Assembly: GCA_052327205.1 (NCBI GenBank)
Contig: CM126216.1
Location: 59,892,001-59,956,000, forward strand
From: Somniosus microcephalus
Lineage: Eukaryota
Direction: 5' to 3'
Length of the DNA: 64,000 nucleotides
Shown: piece by piece, positions 49,871 through 60,525 of the stretch
Layout of the letters: the number at the start of each line of letters is the position of its first letter
Numbering within the stretch: position 1 is the first letter of the stretch
Notes under the pieces: model-generated
The model's input: the letters and a program-made list of their open reading frames with translations, nothing else
The model's database searches: none
Told to the model about the DNA's origin: nothing
Made by a program: the position numbers and the translations under genes

Positions 49871-51088
49871 AGGGGAGCGGAGGGTGTCTTTTTAAAACTG
49901 AGTATTGTGCTCCTTGTAAGCATTTGAGTGATTTTCAAAATGCAAAAACCTCATTTCCACCACTTAATAATTATAATTAAATATAGAGGAGAATGGCAAT
50001 TAATTTGAGGATACACTTTTTATTAATAAGGAAAAATTCAAACCTTGTCATAGCTGTCATATCTTCAGATATGGTGTAAAAATACTTAAGACAGGATATC
50101 TGTTTTTCAGGTAGATGCTGAATAAATCTCAGCAGCAAGAGGTTTTCTACTTCTCTCATTTCCCCCCCCCCCCCCCAAGATATCTGACATTATTTGATGT
50201 AATAAAAAGGGAAAGTGTGTAACAGTCAGATTCTTAATTAATTTAGTTTAACTAGATGAAGATAAATGAAGCACATTGTGGACTCATGACAACAAGGGAG
50301 GTCCACTTAATACTTTCTGCCTCTTTATCCCTCGCTCTCTCACTGTACCCCTTTACTTCTGCCTCTTTCTTGGCATTTTATATGGTAATTAGTGCTACTG
50401 GGGCATGGCCCTCAAACAGAGATCAGTGACATCTGTACACTGCTCTCTCCCATTTAACTTATTTCCTGCTCTCTTCAATCAAGGCCTAATGGAAATTTCA
50501 ATTCCCATAGCTAAAAGAGAGGGAATCTAGCCCATGTATTTAGTTGTATCAGGAGCTCCAACGACAGATTACAAAAGCCACAGAAATCTGGGTCTCAGAT
50601 GCTGTCAGTTCTCTGTGGCTCCAGTTCCCTATATTAAAGATTGTCATCAATGGTGGGAATATGCAGCATATCCCATTGATAACACCACGATGTAAAAATG
50701 TCTTACCCCCTCTCTCTCTTTCTCTGTCTCCCTGTCCCCCGTTTTTCTTCTCTCTTCTCTATTAGCTGTTTCTGAACAATTATAAAACAAAGGCTTGTTT
50801 TAGCAGCTCCCAGACATTGCTGTTTAAATTACCTTTTCTGACAAAAAGTGACTGTCGAGAGATTCTGTAATAGCCCCTGTTGACAGTTCTGGATGGTGCG
50901 TGTATGGCAGCACAGACTGATCATTATGGCACCCATTCTCCAATCGTTTATTTTTTCAACTGTTAAACAATAGGTTGTTGATTGTGTGGACAAGGCCAGA
51001 ACAATTAAGTTCTGTGTTTAATGGTAGACCAGCATTTTAATGCCCTCTCTTAATAATGGTCTCATTATTGTTTTTTTTCTCTCCTTAG

Positions 51089-51121
51089 ACTGGGCCTCGG
51101 GAGGAGGAATATTTTGTGGAG
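51089..51121 (+). CDS. Candidate 33-nt micro-exon of an unidentified host gene
   Basis: Long polypyrimidine acceptor 'ttttttttctctccttag', GAG|GTACGT donor, possible branch point 'ctcat' about 25 nt upstream; open in all three frames; repeat-free flanks. Confidence 0.5.
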
Positions 51122-51875
51122 GTACGTCATTATTTTGCAAATTTCGATTAGCCCATCATGTTGTATGTGTTACACAAAAAAAAATCACAGCAATTAAAGC
51201 ATCCAGATAGGCCACCGGTATTCAAGCACATAATTTAAAAGGTAGCGTACTTGATTGGCTGGCTAAAAGGTGGTAAAAAGAAGGGATTAGGCCAGTTGCT
51301 GTGGTAACTCCCACTTCCCATCTGCACAGAACAATGCACTTGTGTTTCTCGCCCACCTTGGTGCAGAAATTGGTTTTGTTTTGAGAGGAAAGGGCTTTAT
51401 GAGGAATTGGAATTCAGCCTAGCAGGATGGAGTTTTCGAGCTGTTAGAGGAGACCACTGGGGATAGCAGAGATGAAAGGTCACAGCAGACTCCAAGGACA
51501 CCAAAGGTCACTGCCTCTTACAACAATACTTTGTCTTCTGTGATTTTCAGCTAAATGAAAGGTACTGGCTCGTCAGAAAACAAATATCTCAGCTTTACCA
51601 GGTGGACTCACCCAAAGAGACTTTCAATTCACTGTTCAAAGTTAAAGGTTTTTTTTTTACTTGCTCTTTCTTGACATTTTGTTTATCCCCCCCCCCCCCA
51701 CCCCCACTCCACTATAGACACTCACATCAACTTATTCTCTAGCTAAAAAGGCAAATAAGCTATAACCTTCTCCACTCCTTGTGATTCCAGTTTGGATCTC
51801 TGCTCAGTGACAGAGAGCAGGAGTTGTGCTACCCTTTGCTTAGTCCAAAACTAGATTGAGGAGGCAGGATACAAG

Positions 51876-52095
51876 TAGAGTTGCCAAACCTTCTCGGATT
51901 GCCCGGGAGTCTCCTGGAATTAATGATTGATCCCCTAGCGACTCGGGAGGAAAGTACTTTGTATGCGCAGTTTGCATCTGTGTGCCTCCATGGCCCGTAC
52001 TCTCAGTTCTCACCCAGCGCCATCCTGGCTGTCCCTTCTGGCACTCTTCAGCTTCAGCCATTTACCTGCTAGAATTTCCTTGTGGCTGGTTACCT
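51876..52095. mobile_element. hAT-type MITE related to 38143-38392, opposite orientation
   Basis: 'tagagttgccaaaccttctcggattgcccgggagtctcc' resembles the reverse complement of that element's right end. Confidence 0.55.
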
Positions 52096-52319
52096 CGCCG
52101 CTGCTGTAAATGGAACTTGCCATGCCTCCCGCAAAGTTACGGTGATGCGGCACCGACGGCCATGGGACTCTGCGGGAGGATAGACGGATTGAAAAGAAAG
52201 TCGGTGACTCGTACCTGAATATAACCCGCAGGGGTGCCTGGAAGGTAGGGAGAAAGATCGGCATGCACTGCACATAGCACACGGGTAAATGCCTATCTGT
52301 CTTCTGCCTTTAATGTGTA

Positions 52320-52700
52320 AGCCGTGGCTCAGTTGGTAGCACTCTCACCTCTGAGGCAGGAGGTTGTAGGTTCAAGTCCCACTCCAGAGACTTTAGCACA
52401 GAAATCTAGGCTGACACTCCAGTGCAGTATTGAGGGAGTGCTGCACTGTTGAAGGTGCTGTCTTTCAGATGAGATGGTAAACAGAGGCCCCGTCTGCTCT
52501 CTCTGGTGGACGTAAAAAATCCCATGGCACTATTTCAAAGAAGAGCAGGGGTGTTATCCCCAGCAGCCAATATTTATCCCTCAGTCGACATCACTAAAGC
52601 AGATTATCTGGTCATTATCACATTGCTGTTTGTTGATGCTTGCTGTGTGCAAATTGACTGCATTATAACAGTGACTACACTTCAAAAGTACTTTATTGGC
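52320..52700 (+). mobile_element. Deu-domain SINE (SacSINE1-like), well preserved
   Basis: A box TGGCTCAGTTGG, B box GGTTCAAGTCC, Deu body 'ggtgctgtctttcagatgaga...atcccatggcactatttc'. Confidence 0.88.
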
Positions 52701-52755
52701 TGAACCCACAACCTTCTGACTCGGAGGCGAGGGTGCTACCAACTGAACCACGGCT
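52701..52755 (-). mobile_element. Isolated tRNA head of the same SINE, inverted
   Basis: Reverse complement is 'agccgtggttcagttggtagcaccctcgcctccgagtcagaaggttgtgggttca'. Confidence 0.85.
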
Positions 52756-52989
52756 GAAACTCCATTGACGGATAGAGTGAAACCGTTTTCCCTTTGCTAG
52801 GTATGTCACTACCTACTCACCTGACAAAAGTTCATGATGCTTATGATTGCAGTCAGAAGAATCTCCAAATGTGTCGCAGGATTACATGCAACAATGAGCA
52901 GCATACTTGTGGGCGGGTGGGGGAAGTGACATGGGCCACCAGAATGCTTTCTTCCCTACCACTGATGGGCATGCCAATTAAGAGTCTGA

Positions 52990-53675
52990 GGCCTAGAAAT
53001 TGGGTTTTGGCGCAGCGACGGCTTTAGCGCCGGAAGTTAGTGCCGGAGCTAAGTCGCGCTGGGCGGGCCAAAAATTCACTAGTTTTGCGCCCAAACGGCT
53101 GCCGGCGCTGCTGAAAACTGTTTGCGCCTGAAAACTGGCGCTACGCGCTGAATTGCGGCGCTATTCCGGCGCTGCGGCGCCCGCTGTGGTGCGGCAGGTT
53201 TGGGAAGTGCAGGCCTCCTCCTTCCCTTAAGGAGGAGCTGCCTGCACCCGGCCGCAGCCCGCGAAAATCATTGTAAAAATGAGCCCGGCACCTCGGACAA
53301 GTGCCGGGCTTGCATCTGTCCCGGGGGGGGGGGGGGAGAAGTCTGGGGAGGGAGCTGCGGCCAGGCGGCCGGCGGGAAAGCGGCCGGCCGCGGCGGGGCC
53401 TTTAATGCGCCGGCGCAAAGTCCAGTAAGGCACCTCTGCCAGAACGTTGCTTGCGGCTGCCACGGGCGAGGCGGCCGCAACTCAATTTCCGAGTTCGGGC
53501 GGGTTACCATGGCAACCGGGACGCTGCGCACACCGATGACGTCATCGGTGCCGGCGCAGCGCTACCGGCCTAACGCCGATTTAGGGCCCCTGTCAATTTC
53601 TAAACTGGCCATAACTTCGGCGCTAGGCCCTCTAGCGCCTCAAAAGCGGCGCTAAGGCCAGTGAATTTCTAGGCC
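52990..53675. mobile_element. Young CpG-rich MITE, PIF/Harbinger-like (686 bp)
   Basis: Perfect 12-bp TIR GGCCTAGAAATT / AATTTCTAGGCC; perfect 3-bp TSD TGA (52987-52989, 53676-53678); no coding capacity. Confidence 0.88.
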
Positions 53676-55225
53676 TGAGTTTCAACATGTTATCATGCAG
53701 ACAGTGGGTTACAGGGTAACTGGAGTGTTGAAAAATACTGAGGTAATTTTGTCAGTCAGCTAGTTAGAAATAGAGTTGAAGGGTGCAAATTAAAACAGTA
53801 ATTGTACAAGTCCTAGGCTTCACTGGAACTACCCACTAAAATCCATTGCCTTAACCGCTAGACTGGGTTAAGTCTGAATACCAGGCCGAGAATATGATTT
53901 GTAATCTTCTACTATGTAGCAGTAAGAATAAACACGAGGGTCTAAACCTGCAAGATTTTGCTCTGGTTTGGTTAGAACAGGGTCTTCTTCTACCTGTAGG
54001 CTTGTCATGTGCCAGCTGAGCATACCCAGTAATAACTAACAATATGTTAGCTGTATATTTGGGCCTTATTTTACATTGGGTACAAGTGGCATTCACAGCG
54101 TTTCAAAAATCAGGTTCCCACCAGTGGTGAGGGGGAAGAGTGCTGGTGGGGGGTGGGGAAGTGTTGAAGCAGAAGTGAGGAATTTTTACCCTAAAAAGTA
54201 GAGAAATGACAAACAAAAACAGGGAATCTACAATGGAGAAAAAAGGCTTACATGTGGACAACAATAACTTTTTTAAATGAATGAATGAATGATTACACAC
54301 TAATGCTAGCAAAGCAGTACAAGATGTGTTGATGGACAGAACATCATTTTTACTAGGCTAGAATTCATTGATGTGCTTTTTTTAAATGTTAAATAGGAAT
54401 TTCACTTTGTTCATTTTAAATAGACACAGTGAAAACTCTTTGGTTTGTTGTGGAAAGTTCAGAGATGCTGAAATGGTTCCTGCTTTTATAATAGCTGACT
54501 CTGGTGTCTGCTGCTCATACATAACTGTTGCTACAATTCTTTATTCTCCTAGCCAGCTGCAAGCTGCCCTGGAATAAACTGGTGTCTGGTGAAAACACAA
54601 TGGTTCTCTGTAAAATCCAAATGACTTGTGCATTGGCAACATAATAAACAACTGCTGCATGTGACAGTGCCCTACACTAATGTCCTTCACTGGGAGAGAG
54701 GACTGAGGACTTTAAATAACTTTATTAACTTTTGTTTCCTGTGTGGTGATGACATTTCTATGATCTAAATATTAACATGCAGCACCACATTATATAATGG
54801 GACTCTATCTGCCTTAAGAGTCAGCCATTGTTTGGACTCTCGTGACGTATGTGGCTTTTTTCTCCTCTTCTCCCTTGAAGGCACTGGATCATGCTGAGGT
54901 ATGGTGCTTTGGGCATTGACTGTGGTATCTCACCCAAGTTACTGAAGTTGCCAATCATAATTTGTGACTGGAGGGGGCTCACAGCTGAGTCGAACCCTAC
55001 CTAGGACCCTTAGAATTCTGCAGCAACTGCAACTAAATTTAGGGGCAGGGATGTCTGTCCAGGATTTGGAGACATCTCAAGCTCAACATAATATTTTTTT
55101 TAAACGGTATTAAATGGATGGTTGCTGTTTAGAAAACATCTGCATTCTAAGCTACTTAAAAGCAGTTTATTGTAATTAGTCACTGATTATTGAGTTACTT
55201 AGCTGTTAACATTAATGGCTCCTAG

Positions 55226-55274
55226 TTAACACCTAGCTGTTTTACCTGACTTACCTGAGACAGCTAGGTGTTAA
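55226..55274. repeat. 15-bp perfect inverted repeat with 19-nt spacer
   Basis: TTAACACCTAGCTGT ... ACAGCTAGGTGTTAA. Confidence 0.85.
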
Positions 55275-55325
55275 GTGGCAGCTAATCATTAAATTGCAAT
55301 TAACCAATATCTTGTATACCAATAC

Positions 55326-55542
55326 AAAAGCATAATACTGCAGATGCTGGAAATCTGAAATAAAAACAGAAAATGCTCAGCAGGTCAGGCAGCATCTGTG
55401 GAGAAGGAAACAGAGTTAACGTTTCAGGTCAATGACCTTTCATCAAAACAGAGTGCATCGACCTGAAACGTTAACTCTATTTCTTTTTCCACAGATGCTG
55501 CCTGACCTGCTGAGTATTTCCAGCATTTTCTGTTTTTATTTC
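55326..55542. mobile_element. Penelope-type fold-back repeat
   Basis: Inverted arms of about 75-85 bp (55357-55430 and 55460-55542); flanking duplication tcttgtata(c/t)ca(a/g)tac; hammerhead-like core. Confidence 0.65.
55415..55449 (-). ncRNA. Degenerate minimal type I hammerhead ribozyme motif
   Basis: Minus strand GTT-TTGATGA-A-AGGTC-ATT-GACCT-GAAAC-GTT-AAC: core CUGAUGA with C3>U, stem II, GAAA, palindromic stem III and short stem I. Confidence 0.5.
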
Positions 55543-55741
55543 TTGTATATCAGTACTTGGTGACTCTTCTTGTTACATACCAGTACTTGGTGTCCTAAAT
55601 TGCAATGGTATTATATGACACCAATTTTCCAATCTCCATTACTTGCAGTTTTTTAAACCCTGTGCAACTCTTGCCTTGCACATTTACCTGCTGAATTGGA
55701 CTCATCTGCTGCAAAGTCAATTGATTAAGGAGCAGAGTGTA

Positions 55742-56258
55742 CTCTTTTGATTGGGTGCACTAAAACTAATAAACTGTAACTAATAAAACTTTAAATGAAA
55801 CTTAACAAATTAAATGAAAATGTTGTTGGCCAGGGTGATGATGCACTCCAGTCCCCGCGGCGCCCATCGGTCGCGGAAGGCCTCGAGCATGCCAGCGGAC
55901 ACCACGTGCTCCATCTCCAGGGCCACCCGGGCGCGAACATGGCCGCAGAAGAGAAGCAGGCAATTGGGCCGAATGACCCCTTCGACCGCCCGCTGCCTGG
56001 ACCAGTTAATGGCCACTTTTGGCCATGCCCAGGAGCAGTCCTATGAAGAGGTCCACCAATCTGCCCACTCCCCTCCGCACCGGGTGACCAAAGATCAGGA
56101 GCATGGGACTGAAGTGCAGCCAAAAATCGAGGAGCGGCCCCTTTAAATAATGGAAGAGAGGCTGCAACCCCTCACATTCCATATAAATGTGGAAAACAGA
56201 CTCTTCCAGGCCGCAGAAAAGGCAGGCGGCCTGGAAGTCTGTGAACCTACTTAAAACC
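55742..56258 (-). mobile_element. 5'-truncated Tx1/L1-clade LINE
   Basis: Zn-knuckle CLFCGLEESVFHIYMEC, then LLDFWLHFSP...; perfect 14-bp TSD AGGAGCAGAGTGTA at 55728-55741 and 56259-56272. Confidence 0.85.
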
Positions 56259-56773
56259 AGGAGCAGAGTGTAATGCCTATTCCTATGCAGTTCACACCTT
56301 GCACATTTCAACTGCAGGGAAAGTGTCCTAGATGTAAAATACATGGGAATGAAGGAACTATGTAGCAAAGGGATGATTAATGTCACCTGGCATCATTGGG
56401 ACTCAGAACAGCAGGTATTGATGCTGGCATCGGTACATCAGCCATTGGTTCTTTCTTTCCCCCCTAGACCAGAACACTGAGGTCAGTTGTAAGACCCTTG
56501 CCACTTATCCAGCTCAGATCAGCCAACTTAGCAAGAACCAGGGATTGAACCTATGATCAATCGGGTTTGCGCAATAGTTTTCGCCCACAAAGCCATCCTT
56601 TCAGCATTTTGAAATAAAACTTAGATTTGTGTTTGGTAACATTTTTGTAAGACAGAAATATAAATTACATAGAATATACCGGACAAAAACAGGCCATTTG
56701 GCCCAACTAGTCTGTGCCAATAGTTTTTACACTAGTCGGTATCAAAACTAATTAAATATATCTATGTCAATAC

Positions 56774-57526
56774 GGCAATAGATTGGGAGAACGGGAAGTG
56801 CAATGAGACCTGGGTGTCCTTGTGCACCAGTCGCTGAAGGTAAGCATGCAGGTGCAGCAGGCGGTTAAGAAGGCAAATGGTATGTTGGCCTTCATAGCGA
56901 GAGGGTTCAAGTACAAGAACAAGGATGTCTTGCTGCAGTTATACAGGACCTTGGTGAGACCACACCTTGAGTATTGTGTGCAGTTTTGGTCGCCTTATCT
57001 GAGGAAGGATGTTCTTGCCATGGAGGGAGTGCAGCGAAGATTCACTAGACTGATACCTGGGATGGCAGGAATGACGTATGAGGAGAGATTGGGTCGATTG
57101 GGCTTGTATTTGCTGGAGTTTAGAAGAATGAGAGGGGATCTCATTGAAACTTATAAAATTCTAACAGGACTAGACAGACTAGATGTAGGAAGGATGTTCC
57201 CGATGGCGGGGAGTCCAGAACCAGGGGTCACAGTCTAAGGATAAGGGGTAAGCCATTTAGGACAGAGATAAGGAGGAATTTCTTCACCCAGAGAGTGGTG
57301 AACCTGTGGAATTCTCTACCGCAAAAGGCAGTTGAGGCCAATTCATTAAATATATTCAAGAAGGAGTTAGATATATTTCTTAAGGCTAAAGGGATCAAGG
57401 GACATGGGGAGAAAGCAGGGACAGGGTACTGAATTTGGTTGATCAGCCATGATCTCATTAAATGGCGGAGCAGGCTCGAGGGGCTGAATGGCCTACTCCT
57501 GCTCCTATCTTCTATGTTTCTATGTC
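56774..57526 (+). mobile_element. Young 5'-truncated CR1, same subfamily as 34081-35797
   Basis: ORF 56822-57238 is nearly identical to 34181-34792; tail 'ttctatgtttctatgt'; possible TSD 'tatatctat'. Confidence 0.96.
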
Positions 57527-57559
57527 TATATCTATATACACAATTCTTGAGACTTTCTG

Positions 57560-57604
57560 CTTGTCATGCCTATTCGCCTTGTCATGCCTATTTGCCTTGT
57601 CATG
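57560..57604. repeat. 18-bp tandem repeat x2.5
   Basis: 'cttgtcatg' at 57560, 57578 and 57596. Confidence 0.85.
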
Positions 57605-58221
57605 ATTTAGTAAGTTTTATAACATAGGTAATTCCTAAAGTGTATGGTAATGCTGGCTTTGCAGGCTTTTGATAGGTAACTCTGTAACGCCTGATATTTT
57701 GTTCTCCTCTGATTGGTGGTGCTGTGGCATGAGTTGTCTAGATCTGTCCACCATTTTGGCCTATTACATCAAAATCAGCTAAAAAAGCATGCCTTTTCCT
57801 TCAACTAACCATGAGCAAGGACACGGAGATTTACTAGTATTTAAAAAAAATTCTGGTATGCTTGAGTTATGAATATGAACAAACTGGAATGCTACTTGTG
57901 TGTATAAGGGAGAGACAGAGACAAAAAATGATTTTATGGGAGCATCGTTGGATATGTGGGGGGGATTAGAGGCTCTTGATTGACTCAGCTCCAGAATCTC
58001 CACTAAAGGAATCACAATTTATCAACAAAGAGGCAACTAAACATTAGGGATCTTACTCATAGGGGTAGAAACATAATCACTTTATTTTTAGTGGGCTTTC
58101 CTTAAACAAAATAAACTAATATTAGAATTACTTTTAATTATGAGGAAACCTGCTTAGAAGTCATTAAGCTTCTTTATTGTATTACCAAGAAATGCCTAAA
58201 ATGTCTGGGAAGATACTGACA

Positions 58222-59055
58222 GAATAGAAACATTGGGACAGGAGTAAGCCATTCAGCCCCTCGAGCCTGTACTGTCATTCAATTAGATCATGGCTGATCT
58301 GAAATTCAACTCCATTCCCCTCCTTTGATCCATATCCCTTGGTACCCTTACCCAACAAAAATATCAATTTCAGTCTTGAAAATTTCAATTGACCCAACAT
58401 CCACTGCCTTTTGGAAAGAGCGAGTTTCAGATTTCTACTATCCCTTGTGTGGAAATAGCGTTTCCTGATTTCACTCCTATATGGCCTAGCTCTAATTTTA
58501 AGATTGTGCCCTTTTTTGGTTTTCCCCACCAGAGCAAATAGTTCCCCTCTGTCTACCCTATCGAATCCCTTCATCATTTAATTACAATGACATCCCCCCT
58601 AAACCTTCTAAACTCAAGGGAATACAAACCAAGTTTATGCACCCTGTCCTCATAATTTAACCCTTAACACCCTGATATAATTCTGGTGACTCTGCATCGT
58701 ACCCCTTATGGCCAATATATCTTTCCTGAGGTTTGGTGCCCAAAACTGAATGCTCTACCCTAGATGGGATCTGACCAAGTCTCTGTACAACTGAAGCATC
58801 ACTTCCCACTTTTGAATTCCAACCCCCTTGAGATAAAGGCCAATATTTTATTACGTTTTTTGATTACTTTTGAACTTGTGCACTAGCTTTTAGTGATTTG
58901 TGTACATGGACATCTAAAACCCTTTGCTCCTCCTCAGCTCATAGTCTCTCGCCATTAAGAAAATATTCCGATTTGTCTTCCTGAGATCCAAAGTAGATGA
59001 TCTCACACTTCCTTCACATTGAACTCCATCTGCCATAATTTTGCCCACTCACTTA
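58222..59055 (-). mobile_element. Moderately old CR1 3' fragment
   Basis: Tail 'atagaaacat...ggagtaagccattcagcccctcgagcctg'; ORF remnant MKGFDRVDRGELF...GHNLKIR. Confidence 0.88.
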
Positions 59056-59099
59056 GTCATAGAAACATGTTATTCCATTGGCAGCATTACAGTGTTCTG

Positions 59100-59540
59100 A
59101 AAGAAACTGATGATATCCACTTGGGAATAATGAAATATATAGGGAATACATGACTGGGAACAATGGGGGATGCAGTAGGACCCACAGAGTACACTCTATG
59201 GAGAACAGTCGGACATGTGGTGCATATCTGGGGAAGCAGTCGAATATGCAGAGGTGCTACCCAAGCGGAATAGCAGTAAGCATTGAGAATATTCAATAGG
59301 GAACAATGGCAAACATAGAGGATACTTGATGGGAGCAATGGGGGCATGTGCAGGATACCTAGTGGGGAGCTGTGGGAACAGCACGGCAATTAGAAAGCAC
59401 CTGAGGAGAATAATAGGACCAATAAGATGGTACCCGGCAAGGAACAGCAGGAGATTTAGGGGCTATCCTAGAAACAAAGAGATCTGTAGAGGATATCCAG
59501 TAGGGAACAGTGGAACATGTAGGGAATAACTATGATGGGG
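59100..59540. repeat. Degenerate purine-rich minisatellite (unit about 32 bp)
   Basis: Recurring 'gggaacaatgg...atgtagaggata(c/t)'. Confidence 0.65.
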
Positions 59541-60129
59541 TACATTTTGATTAGTTTATTCTATAAGTGAGGAAGAGCCAATAAGCATTGGGAAGGACTA
59601 GTTAAATGTTCTCATTTGATGGGTGAAATTTGAAAATCCTGTTCATCTCTCAAACATTCTTTAAGCTATCAACACTGGTAATATTTTTTTGTGAGAGAAT
59701 TTACAATTGCAGGCACATAGGATGACATAGGTATTTGTAATGAAAATGCATATCAAACTTTTCCTGGCACCATGTTACTATAGAATGAGAGTTGACTTAT
59801 ACCAACTGTTCTTTCAGCTGTACGTGTAACAAATGAGGATTTATTTAGTATTGATATGCCAGGTAAATTCCAGCACCTCTCTTCACACTGGTACATGTTG
59901 AAACTTATCAAATATAATCCAAATGTCAGAAACAATTCTAAACATTTTCTTACATCTGCAAAATAAAACTATGACAACCAGATGGTTTTTGCAAATGAAC
60001 TACATGGGGCTGAACGGAAGGATTTATTTACAATTTATTTGCAGACCTGGGAGTGCTTGATGCTGACAGTGGGCGTCTGAAATGGGAAGAGTTCCATTCC
60101 TTAGCACTAACATTCCTTACCTGGATGTG

Positions 60130-60525
60130 TGCAAGGAAAATCTCTCCTCTCCTGAAGCTTGGTGGGCTATGATTCCACCACCCTCCAGTTTTTGTATGAA
60201 CCTAAGCAGTGACCAACTTCAGGTTAATTTGACAGTGAGGTCACCACACGCAAGCCCAATTCTATTCTCGCCTGACATCCATCCACTGCATTTATCAGCA
60301 GGAATCACTGGTTATTGATCAGGAATGGGAAACATGACCAGTTTTCTCCTTCCTCGCCCCAGGGTACCAAGGCCAACTGTAGTGTTCCTACTGTCACCCC
60401 AGCTAAGATTAGTTAAATCAATGCAGACCTGGGATCATTTTGAGGGATTGTTTGGGACCTTCCCATTCTGTATGGCTCAGTACAACACCAGGCAATGCAT
60501 TAACAGTTATGCCGTCATGGGAATT
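60130..60525 (-). mobile_element. SINE-B copy
   Basis: 'ctcctctcctgaag...cagcaggaatcactgg...gatcagga...tgggaccttcc...tatggctcagtacaacaccaggcaatgcatt'. Confidence 0.7.

Noticed and set aside
52320-52390. tRNA gene (also 63313-63380, 25348-25415)
   Set aside because: tRNA-derived SINE heads running directly into the Deu-domain body.
52990-53675. Host gene promoter CpG island or coding exon (ORF 53200-53655)
   Set aside because: Bounded exactly by TIRs and a TSD, with related copies in the window, so it is a transposon; the ORFs reflect high GC.
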